Shown here: in pieces, positions 37,259-47,000 of the stretch
Numbering within the stretch: the stretch's first letter is position 1
How the letters are laid out: every line of letters begins with the position of its first letter
Assembly: GCF_964213995.1 (NCBI RefSeq)
Contig: NC_135804.1
Span: 59,458,001 to 59,522,000 of the forward strand
From: Mustelus asterias
Taxonomy: Eukaryota
Direction: 5' to 3'
DNA: 64,000 nucleotides
Position numbers and translations under genes: made by a program
The notes under the pieces: model-generated
What the model was told of the DNA's origin: nothing
Seen by the model: only the letters and a program-made list of their open reading frames with translations
Database searches by the model: none

Positions 37259-38197
37259 CTAGTTTAAATTCTCCCCAGTAGCCTTAGCCAACCTACCGGC
37301 CAGGATATTGGTCCCCGTGTGATTCAAGTTCCACCCGTTTTTTGTATACAGATCACCCCTGCCCCTAAAGAGGTCCCAATGGTCCAGGAACCTGAATCCC
37401 TGCCCCCTGCACCAGTCCCTCAGCCACACATTCATCCTCCACCTCACTCCATTCCTGCCCTTACCTTCCCGTGGCACAGGCAGTAATCCTGAGATTACTA
37501 CCTTTGCTTTCCTCTTTCTCAGCTGTCTCCCTAATTCCCTGTACTCCCTTTTCATGACCCCTTCTCCCTTCCTACCCACATCAGCGGTACCAATATGTAC
37601 CGCTACCTCAGGCTCCTCTCCCTCCCACCTCAGGATTTCCGGGACGCGACTAGTGACATCCTGGATCCCGGCCCCAGGGAGGCAGACCACCATGCGAGAC
37701 TCCCGCCTGCCTCCGCAGAAACGCCTGTCTGTCCCCTTCACCATCGAGTCCCCGATTAATACCGCCTTCCTCCTCTTTTCCTTAGCCCTCTGAGTTACAG
37801 GGCTGGACTCCACTGCGGAGACATGGCCACTGCTGCTTCCCCCAGGCGGGCTGTCCCCCCCAGCAGTACTCAAGCAGGAGTACTTGTTGTGTAGGGGCAA
37901 ATCCACTGGGGTGCTCTCAACCACCCTAGCCTTACCCTTCCTGGCCGTCACCCACTTGGCCTCCTCCCGTGGCCCTGGTGTGACCACCTGATGATAGCTC
38001 TTGTCTATCACCTCCTCATTCTCCCTCATCAGCCTAAGATCCTCGAGCTGCAGTTCCAGCTCCCTAACACGGTCCCTCAGGAACCGCAGCTCGACACACC
38101 CCTCACAGATGTGGATGTCCGGGAGGCCAGATGCCTCCAGGACCTCCCACATCCTACAGTGGGAACAGCACACTGGTTTCACACTCATACTGGACAC
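37259..38197 (-). CDS. CR1 ORF1p: zinc finger/leucine zipper plus SGNH esterase-like domain (312 aa)
   Basis: CSHC..HICEGC, LRDRVRELELQLEDL, LIGDSMV, VCLPGA, VHIGTAD, ISGLLP; uninterrupted. Confidence 0.93.
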   Translation of the reverse strand: MSSMSVKPVCCSHCRMWEVLEASGLPDIHICEGCVELRFLRDRVRELELQLEDLRLMRENEEVIDKSYHQVVTPGPREEAKWVTARKGKARVVESTPVDLPLHNKYSCLSTAGGDSPPGGSSSGHVSAVESSPVTQRAKEKRRKAVLIGDSMVKGTDRRFCGGRRESRMVVCLPGAGIQDVTSRVPEILRWEGEEPEVAVHIGTADVGRKGEGVMKREYRELGRQLRKRKAKVVISGLLPVPREGKGRNGVRWRMNVWLRDWCRGQGFRFLDHWDLFRGRGDLYTKNGWNLNHTGTNILAGRLAKATGENLN

Positions 38198-38362
38198 TTT
38201 ATGTCAAGTAAGACAGTGAAAAGTTAATAAGAGTGTAAGGAAACAAAAACTCACCCCTGCTCGTCCAAGCCCTGTGAGCCAAAGCCCTGACAGCTCACTC
38301 AACTTCCCACTCACTCTGCTGCCCGCTACGATGCTGCCCGCTGTATACTTTGGTGCACTTTT

Positions 38363-38704
38363 AAACCCTCCAAAAACTTCCCCAGGCCTCTGCTGGCCCG
38401 ACTTCCGGTTTTGAAAAAAACCTCCGATTTTAAACCCAAAATTAACTGAAAAAATAAATAATTAATTACAGTCAGAAAACCCAGTCTCTTACCCTCAGCC
38501 TGCTCCTGGGAACAATGAAGCTGAACCTCCAAGGTAAGCCCTTTTGAAACCCTCCAAAAACTTCCCCAGGCCCCTCCTGGCCCGACTTCCGGTTTTGAAA
38601 AAAACCTCCGATTTTAAACCCAAAATTAACTGAAAAAATAAATAATTAATTACAGTCAGAAAACCCAGTCTCTTACCCTCAGCCTGCTCCTGGGAACAAT
38701 GAAG
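38363..38704 (-). promoter_or_regulatory. CR1 5'UTR tandem monomers (184-bp period), putative internal promoter
   Basis: Near-identical blocks start at 38363 and 38547; each has CCGGAAGT (ETS consensus) on the element strand. Confidence 0.75.
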
Positions 38705-38761
38705 TCAACAGAGACATATTTACTGCTTTGTCGCATGGGTGTTGATCTTACACTGGTGTAC

Positions 38762-38878
38762 TTATTTTCCCTGATCGGTTACTCGGCCCCACCTGAGCAT
38801 ACTCACCTCGTCACGTTTATGCTTTGGAGTTTTGCTCAAATCTAATGCGGCATAATGCACAAATTCAGACGCATTTTC
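38762..38878 (-). CDS. Gene B exon 6, cytoplasmic exon with ITIM VHYAAL (ENASEFVHYAALDLSKTPKHKRDE...)
   Basis: Acceptor ttttgtccaagcag (NAGNAG), phase 0 matching exon 5. Stop at 38762-38764 if unspliced, or donor GAG/GTGAGT after 38807. Confidence 0.75.
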   Translation of the reverse strand, partial: ENASEFVHYAALDLSKTPKHKRDEVSMLRWGRVTDQGK

Positions 38879-39303
38879 CTGCTTGGACAAAACGGAAATT
38901 TTTTGTTACGCAGCTGGTTCAATGTGTTCAGCAGTTTACAGTAATTCTGGTCAAACATTGAGCGGATTAACCTGGGATCGAATAGACGTGAGCAAAATAT
39001 AATTAATTTACATTTACCGAAGACACCCTAGACTTTACACTCCGATACCAAATATTTAAACCCGCCAATTTCACTCGACATAATTGTTACACAAATGTTG
39101 AAACAGGCGGCAGCTTCATTACGTACAACTTATTTTCGATCTGAATGAATAAATGAATTGATGAAAACGTACTAACTGGATTTTCAACGAGGTAAGCAGT
39201 TCTCTTTTCGAAGTGTTTATCACTGTTTGCCAATAAAAGCACGCGGTGGCAACTAAATTTCCACATCCGATTGAAATGTAGAATCTCATTGAGACAAAAC
39301 AAG

Positions 39304-39458
39304 ATGCGGAGATGCCAGCGTTGGACTGGGGTGGGCACAGTAAGAAGTCTCACAGCACCAGGATAAAGACTCACCTGATGCAGGAGCAGCGCTCCGAGAC
39401 TTCGTGATTCCAAAAAAAACCCCGTTGGACTTTAACCTGGTGTTGTGAGACCTCTTCC
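39304..39458. mobile_element. 155-bp Penelope-like pLTR insertion in gene B intron 5, 14-bp TSD
   Basis: TGAGACAAAACAAG at 39290-39303 and 39459-39472. Inverted two-part structure. Degenerate hammerhead CAC-CTGATGC-A-GGAGC-AGC-GCTCC-GAGA...GTG. Confidence 0.82.
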
Positions 39459-39580
39459 TGAGACAAAACAAGTACATTTGTTCAGTGGACTTAAACTTGT
39501 CTGACGTGATTATATTAAGTTTCCATTATATCAATTTTTCCTGGTGTTTCAGCAAACTGCCTGTAAATGAATGAACGTAC

Positions 39581-39624
39581 CAGTTCCTCGCTCCGGTTCT
39601 CTCCTGTTAAACGCCCGTCTTTAC
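39581..39624 (-). CDS. Gene B exon 5, cytoplasmic (GKDGRLTGENRSEEL)
   Basis: Acceptor cttatttccag, donor CTG/GTACGT; 44 nt, phase 1 to 0, bridging the TM exon and the ITIM exon in frame. Confidence 0.7.
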
Positions 39625-39662
39625 CTGGAAATAAGTGAAATTTAATGATATTGAAAGAAAAA

Positions 39663-39701
39663 AGTTCTGAAGAAGAGTCTTACGGACCCGAAATGTTAAC
39701 T
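39663..39701 (+). ncRNA. Minimal hammerhead-like motif in a short Penelope-derived repeat
   Basis: AGTT-CTGAAGA-A-GAGTC-TTACG-GACCC-GAAA-TGTT-AACT: stem I AGTT/AACT, both core boxes, stem II with one mismatch. Confidence 0.6.
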
Positions 39702-40344
39702 CTGTGTGCCTCTACACAGACGCTATCGGAAATGTTGACTTTGTCCAGGATTTTTTGTTTTTCAAGTCATTTTTCACATCAGAGATTGCAAAGTTACATC
39801 TATGGTCAAATGCCCAAGAGGATTTCCAATTTCGTAATGTGCGGAAAATAATTGAAATCCTTACCAGCAGCCGGGTGCTTTAAAATATTTCGCGGAAACT
39901 ACGGTAATATTTCGCATTGTACGAGAAGGCGGGCAAGTGCCGAACATCAGCAATGGTAAGATTGCGTGACGGAGCAGGCCCGAGGAGTCATCTGGCCTAC
40001 TACTGCTCCTGTTTGTTTTGTAGCTCTGCGCACAACCGTTCCCGGACCAGAGCCACAGTTAAAGCTAATTGTGACTCCACCACGCAGCGGTTTGGAAACT
40101 AATTTTGTGTCACAGTGTATTTCGTTCATCTGGCTCCAAAAGGAAATGTATTTGGAAACATCTAGATAACTGCTTTCATCTTTATTATTTCTCTCTATGT
40201 CCTAAAACATATTTTCAACAATTAGTGCTTCCTCAAAACAATACGACTCTTTCCAACTTTAATTCCGAACTGTTCTTTCTGTTGTGTTCCCTGGAAACTA
40301 TCAGTCGTCCCAAGGGTATGTACGAAAATCAAGTGTTATCTTAC

Positions 40345-40458
40345 CTTCATTCTTTAGCATTTGTTGCCGCCTCGTAATGACGATCGCAAGCGCGAGGAAC
40401 GACAATCCAACCAACGCGCACACTGGAATCCAATAGTAAGGAAATTTCGGGATATTTT
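40345..40458 (-). CDS. Gene B exon 4, stalk and uncharged transmembrane segment (ENIPKFPYYWIPVCALVGLSFLALAIVITRRQQMLKNE)
   Basis: Acceptor aatcttgcag, donor AAG/GTAAGA, phase 1/1, RR stop-transfer. Confidence 0.9.
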
Positions 40459-41494
40459 CTGCAAGATTAATTGTAACATGAGGTAATAGTGGATATTAAA
40501 TCAACAAAAATAGTCTCCAAGATAGTTTATTATTTAAACTATCGAGATGGCTGCACTAGTCCCGCAGTATTCAACGGAAGGAGAACGTTTGAATAAAAAG
40601 CTTGTTTGCAGCTACGTATCTGCAGTATCTTCTTCCTCGAACATTTGGCGCGTTATTGATTCATCTACGAAGACTAAACGGCTGGAGTCACATGTAGGCC
40701 AGATTGGGAAAGGATGACTGATTTCCTTTCCTAAAAGTCATCAGAGAGCCAGATCTGTTTTTGCGTCTGAATTATAGTTTCATGACACATTACTAAAACG
40801 AATGTTTAGTTCAGTACTTATTAGTTGGTTTTAAATGTCATGATGTGATTTGAACCGATATCCTTACAGCTTTAGCCTGCACCTCTTAAGTAATAGTCTA
40901 GTGAGATTAAAATCTCGTCACTATCTTCCATTAGTAGTATGCCATTGGAGTTAATCGGACAACAACCAAATGGTTCACTCTTAACTGTCGCCTGAAAGGG
41001 TCTAACAAGCTACTCCGTTTAAGGGCAATTAGGGATAAGCAATAAATGTTGGCCTAGCCAGCAACTTTCACATCTCATGAAAGACTTTACTTTAAAAAAT
41101 GCAGTGAACCGGACAGACAGCGTTTTTTCCGGTTACAGTTTAAATGAGATTTATAAGACTGATTTCAGTTAAACCCGTCATGATCTGTAAGTAGGATGAG
41201 AAGTTGGTCATTTGGTTATTCCAAAACTCTGCACTGAACGTAACCGAACGTGTGACAATATCGGAAATCCCACGGCAATCAGTCCTTGCGCGAACAACGT
41301 ACCTGCAGATCATAATAATAGTTTTCAAGCAAGACGAGTTCGCAACGGTCAAGTTTAAAGCATTTTCAAAAAAATTAAACAGCAAGTGAAAAAGATTAAT
41401 AACATTCAGGTTAAGAAATATTACACTCGAAAATATGAACGGCTGTTTAATATTGTTCCGTTAGAAATAGAGAAATTTGAAAGCAAATCCGGTT

Positions 41495-41850
41495 GGATTT
41501 TTGTTCTTGTATGGGATGCGAGCATTGCTGACGAAGCCAGCATTGGCCATTCCCAATTGCCCCTGAACAGAGTGGCCCGCTAGAGAGTTGCAGGGGGCAG
41601 TTAAGAGTCAACCACGTTTCCCTGGCTCTGAAGTCACATGTAAACCTGGCTGAGTCAGGAGGGCAGATTTCTTTCCCTGAAGGACATTCGTGAACCAGAT
41701 TGGTTTTTACCACAATCGATCATAGTTACATGGTCACCATTACTAAGACGAGCCTGATATTCCATAGCTATTAATTGAATTATGTTTCTAGAAGCTGCCT
41801 TTGTGGGATGTGAATCCATGTCCTCAGATTGATTACCAGCCTGAGTGCAT
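41495..41850 (-). mobile_element. tRNA-derived SINE (second family) in gene B intron 3; related pieces at ~40675-40930 (-), ~40965-41100 (+), ~45985-46325 (-) and ~11945-12085 (+)
   Basis: Reverse complement shares GAAGGAAATCTGCC..GTGACT.CAGA..GTGGTTGACTCTTAACTGCCC with 48308-48655. Confidence 0.7.
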
Positions 41851-42024
41851 GGCTGGCTATGTAAATCGATTTCAACACATTGCATTAAATTCAGTGTAAA
41901 GGCACTTTAAAGTTGAAATTTCCCGTGACATTTCCGTGATTATTAATATGCATAAAACTTACGAAAAATTTCACTATGAATTCTACTATAGCTGGCTTTC
42001 CTTTTAGAACAGTTTTTCCCCTAC

Positions 42025-42336
42025 CTCGGTTCGGTTTAGGAATCGTGTACGCCACAATAGCCGGAGTCTTGAGGGCGACATGAGATACCCGGCATGTATA
42101 ATTGCCGTCTTTCGGTACAGGCTGAATCTCAACCAAAGTGCTGGAAACTTCATACAGTCCCTCTCTGTTCTGCACTTTACTGGTGTGTATTCCTGATGCA
42201 GTTTCGACGCCATTTTTATACCAAGTAAGGGTGAAATTTTCCGGATAAAATGCAGCCGTTTTACAAACGAGGGTCAGAGGCGCAGTCGAATTCCCTTCAG
42301 TTGTCCTGGAGACAAGATTCAGTGGGGTTGGGGCCG
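42025..42336 (-). CDS. Gene B exon 3, Ig C1-set domain
   Basis: AAPTPL..TLVCKTAAFYPENFTLTWYKNG..GLYEVSS..YTCRVSHVAL; 312 nt as in gene A; canonical AG/GT. Confidence 0.95.
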
Positions 42337-42784
42337 CTGCGGAGCAGAAAATGAACAACGTACTGTGCACGGCTTGGAGAAATTAAATATACTTTTGACG
42401 TTCGGTTAATATTCCTACTCACTGGCAATTCCTATTTCCTGTATTTGAATATTACACACAAGATCAGTGTAGATCTAATCTATATAAAGTCCGGCATTCG
42501 ATCAATTTCAATAATTTTTGAATTCCTTGTCGGACAAGGTGAAGTGATTTGCTAATCAACGTTCTGTTTAAATCGCCCAGAGAATTTAATCTTGATGAGA
42601 CAGTCGTCTCGCTGAGTTGTTACGTGTTTTATGTGCAACGACATGACAGAGTGACGAATAATATTCATATTCTTGATGATGAAATGAGCGTTTTAATGCT
42701 CCTTTAACGCCGCAGCTTGACATTTGATTAAACAAATAACTTTCAGTTGAATCTGCCGAAGTTTCACCAACACAGCCTCTCTGT

Positions 42785-42823
42785 TAAATTTTAGGCAAAA
42801 TACTGCGGATGCTGGAATCTGAA
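42785..42823 (+). mobile_element. 39-bp micro-insertion (AAATACTGCGGATGCTGGAATCTGAA repeat end) with 13-bp TSD
   Basis: ACAGCCTCTCTGT at 42772-42784 and 42824-42836; related motif at ~6700 and ~21045. Confidence 0.75.
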
Positions 42824-43356
42824 ACAGCCTCTCTGTGTTGTTTATTTATTGGAAAATTAGTGAACTGGCAGCCATGTTGTGTCTGAAACTCCAATCTGTT
42901 GAGTAAATCGATTTGGTCAACAGTTAGACAAACATTGAGTATTTGAATACGCGCCGTATTGTTCTTTGAAATTTACTTTAAGGAATACTTGTATTCATGG
43001 ACTATTAAAACTAAGCCAAAAGCTTTGTATATTTATCTTGGGAATGGAGCATTAGTATAAAAGATTTTCTGTTAGTTTTACTTTAGGAATTCATTCTGAA
43101 TGCCGCCAATGTAAATCTGGTGCATAAATTGACTTTATCGTTGTGATGTGTTTGATAAATATTACTAATATATTCAGTACTCTCCGAGTGGCATTGCAGG
43201 TATAATTAGCACTTTAATGCAGAGGACGCGAATATACAACTAACTTATCGCGAAATATGTTCACAGACATGATTTCACTGACAGAAAGTATGCACATCCC
43301 CGATTTTTGTGTTTGATATATTATGGCGATCTCGCTCGCCTGTATTCCAATCTTAC

Positions 43357-43677
43357 CATGCACAATTAGATGTGATCCGGTTCCATTTCCTCGACCTACT
43401 CCCTGACGGATCACCGTACAGTGATAGATTCCAGAGTCTTGCACTGTCACATTTAGTAAGCGAAAGAAACCGCTCACTTTACTTTCCATACCGAACCTTT
43501 TTCTCTTGTCTGGGCTTGAATGCAGGAATTCATTCTCACCATGTTTCCACCATAACACCCGTATCCAGGCTTGGGATTGAAAAATGGGGAATATGCAGTA
43601 GAATGTGATGTTTCCCCCTCTGGATACAGTCGTTTCTTCTGGTGCTTGAGACACTTTGAACGAAGTGTGGTCCGCAG
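43357..43677 (-). CDS. Gene B exon 2, Ig V-set domain with germline J-like G strand
   Basis: VSQAP..FYC..VLWWKH..VQDSGIYHC..GNGTGSHLIV; 321 nt; 55/107 aa identical to the gene A V exon without gaps (manual count). Confidence 0.95.
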
Positions 43678-43844
43678 CTGTCAGAAAGATAGACAAACAC
43701 AGGTTAATTGCATTAGATACAACATAAAGGTAGAACAGTGAAAGCATGATCTAGAGAGAGGAAATAAGGTTCTTTAAATTAATATGAAAACTACTTCCTC
43801 GGAAGTTATTAATTAAAGTAACATGGCAAGTAAAAAACTAGTGC

Positions 43845-43902
43845 CTGTATGAATAATTCCTCGGAGGATCAAGTACAGAAGCACCATGATCGTTGTCATC
43901 AT
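43845..43902 (-). CDS. Gene B exon 1, signal peptide MMTTIMVLLYLILRGIIHT, with non-canonical donor ACAG/GCACTA
   Basis: Position homologous to gene A exon 1 (TTGCA before the ATG, ends ACA G); donor is GC, not GT. Confidence 0.75.
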
Positions 43903-43993
43903 TTGCAAGGCTTACAACAGTTGCCTCTCTGTAGTAACTGCGAGTTTACAACTTTTAAAAATAGCTTGCTGTTAGTTTTCCACCAGAGGCGTC

Positions 43994-44012
43994 GCAGTGA
44001 CGTTTAACATCC
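43994..44012 (-). promoter_or_regulatory. Conserved proximal promoter motif of gene B
   Basis: GGATGTTAAACGTCACTGC (preceded by TTCC), ending 92 nt upstream of the ATG at 43902. Confidence 0.7.
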
Positions 44013-47000
44013 GGAAAGTGAGGTTTCAGAAACTAAAGTTCCATTTTTAAGTGAGATTTTCTAATTTTTGCAACTATTAAATTCCCTGGAATGACATGTT
44101 TTACGGGCAGCATAAAGCAAGGGGAATATAGATTTTCTAACGCTGAATTTACGAACATTCTCGGGGTTGGTTTGTTTCCTGACAGGTAATGGTTTTGTAA
44201 CCACGATGGACATCAGGGAGGTTGTGAACGAAAATAAATTGAGAATACGCACCATGTTCATATTCAGACGTATTGTAATTAGGGACGGTTGTCTGGCTGT
44301 TTTTATATTGCACAAGAGCTGGACAAATTCATGAAGAGACATGATCTGTGAGCTGACAACATATGCACTGTCTTCAGTGAGGACCAGAAGGTTGGGGATA
44401 TGGTGGCTTTTTCCAAGGAGACCACAGTCGAAGACGAGTTTTTTGAGAAGGAGTGATGACAGTGGTACCCATGGGCATAAAGTCATCAGATAAGCCGCCA
44501 GTTAGCATGCTAGCTATGATGGGGACTGAAAAAGTGGGCGACAAGTTGTTCATTCGCGTATAAATTATGGCACAGGAAATGGTTCTTGGATAATAAATAT
44601 TTGGAGTATGTTTGGGGAAGAAGACGAGATGTTTCTGCGTTACAGAGTTTCACGGTTATGGTAGGATGCCGAGTAGTAATTTGGTTCGCTGGATAAGTGG
44701 AAAGAAGGAAGCAGCAGAAATCATTGGCTGGAAGATAATTTGATGACGAGGGATTCCTTGAGCTTCTTGTAATATTCGCTAAGCGAGGAAAGTTGAGAGA
44801 TTTAAGCAGAAGGTTTTGGTTTTGGGGGATGGATAGGGAGGGTGAATGTGCGGGGTGGTGGGTTGCTTGTGGTGAGCGTGGGAGTGGGGGTGTAAGGGAA
44901 CAAATAATTAGTTATCGTTGCTCTCCAGCATAATTATCCAGTAATGAGCAGTAGTGGCTGTGAACGGTGAGACTTTGGGAAGCTTCTCTTGATTTAACCA
45001 GATGAGGCTCTGGATGGTTAGACCAGTTGTTTGTAAGACCTAGCCAATCCTTTTGGAATTGAGGATGCGAAGGTTAATGCTATGCCATTATTACAGTAAG
45101 CATTCGAGACCGTGAGGCATTTATTTTGACTACGTGCGCTTACTCTTTATTTCCTGTTTTTTCTCAACAGATTTCCAAATTATTTCATTCAAGGAGTGCA
45201 CTGTTTCCAATCTGCATCCCAGAAAGACACTTTGCTACACAGCTGTATAATCTGTTCGTCGTCACGGAAAATTGCCTTGTATATTATTGTCGCATGCTTC
45301 CTCTCAAAGTAATTTTTGGATACAATTATTCAACCAGAGAGCGTGCTACATACTCATTGGTGTCTCATTTCCAGCACAGTCGATTATGAGTTGGATCCTC
45401 ACTCCGGAGGCTTCAACAGTTAATCTGAACTGCAAGGTATTGCTCTGCAAGGCGAATGCTACAATATTAGAGACGTGGCATTTCAGATGAGGTGTTCAGT
45501 GGCCGCAACGGCTTCGTAAAACGACCTTTCCTTCGCCAGTTCTTGCTTCCTGTTTTTTTTTTCTTTTCCATGTAAGATTTGTACCTCGATGTGAATTGGA
45601 TCACATCGAAGATTAACTACTGCTATGGGAGAAGAACACCAAGATGAATGGTGAAAAACGAGATAAAAATTGCACAGCCAACTGAGAGAGCCAACCCTCT
45701 TGGTGTGAAGATGAGTTCGGAAATGGGAGAGATTGTGCCCAGTTTCACGGAACTCAGTTATGCAGATAGGCAGGAGACGCTGGGAACATTCTTTTTAGAA
45801 AAGAAACAATGAAGAATAAATTTGACAATAGTTTTCGAAACTTTGAGTAGTTTTACAGAAGTAAATGGAGAAATTGTTTCTAGGATTTGTAAGGTAAACA
45901 CGCACATTTATGATGATTAGCAAAGCAGTCATAGGTGAGAAACATTTATGGTCACTGCACCATTTTCTCCCTTATTCCTTCACGGATGTTGATGTCGCTG
46001 GAAAGATCGCCATTTGTTACTCATCCCGAATTGCCCTACCAGAGCATAGTCAAGAATCAACCATTTTGTTGTAGATCTGGAATCACGTGCCGGCCAGACT
46101 GGACAATAAGGCAAATTTCCTTCTCTAAAGGGCATTACTGAAACAAAATGTTGATAGTCACCATCACTGATAGTAAATTTAGATTCCGGATAAAATAGCT
46201 GCAGTCAAATACATCAATAACTTAAATACGAGCTGGCGTGCTGGTATTAGATCCAATGCTGCCAAATCGTTACAATCAGTCCTCTTTATTATTTGGTCAG
46301 CCACATTACCACTAAGCCACCGTCTTCGCACTCTGTACTGCTCATGCTGAGCAATGTTTGGCTCGCATCATGCAAACGGATGCCAAAATGTCCTAAACAC
46401 TTGACTTAAAATGTTTTAATTGCAGCCCATCAATGGAGCAGCGTTAAGTATTGAATTCTATCACACTGAAACAAGTTGCAGGAGATAATACTGACGAGGA
46501 GAGAAAATGTGTATGCTTACGTAAGGCCGAGTTTCCAAGGAACTTTGAAGCTGCTGTCCTGCATTTATGTGGCACCGGAGCATTTTGGTTTATGCTGAGA
46601 TGGATCGAGTATTCCATCTTAAGCAAATGGATGTTTTGAGCAACAAACCATCAACCAGTAAGGAAAAAGAAAATATGTCCCCAAACCGTGGCTTGACCAA
46701 AAAAAAGTCATTGACCAGTTGAAATGCACGATTATTACATTGAATAATATGAAGGGAAATACGGGGATCTCTAACAATAACAAACAGACCACAGAAAATT
46801 CAGAGCTAAAGGCGAACATTCCAAGGTGAATAAAAGTGGATATTTATAAGAAAGCAAGCACCAAATTTAGAGATAGAATTCTAGTTACCAACACTTAATG
46901 GCAAATGTCCATGTCAAATCTGTATGCATTAGCAGGGCAAAAGAAATAGTACTAACATAATCTTGATATTCTTTATAGTTATCCAGTCAATTGTCTTTTC

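Larger units (their letters stand above)
34150..38701 (-). mobile_element. Full-length CR1 LINE (~4.55 kb)
   Basis: Tandem 5'UTR monomers, ORF1, ORF2 and a (TTCTTATG)n-type tail; 6-bp TSD AAGTCA at 34144-34149 and 38702-38707. Confidence 0.96.

Noticed and set aside
34450-37281. Numerous plus-strand ORFs overlapping the CR1 elements
   Set aside because: Antisense shadows of LINE coding sequence with no independent protein features.
38771-38806. Micro-intron that might rescue the downstream tyrosine motifs of gene B
   Set aside because: Only 36 nt, no pyrimidine tract, and splicing it out still leads to the same in-frame stop.
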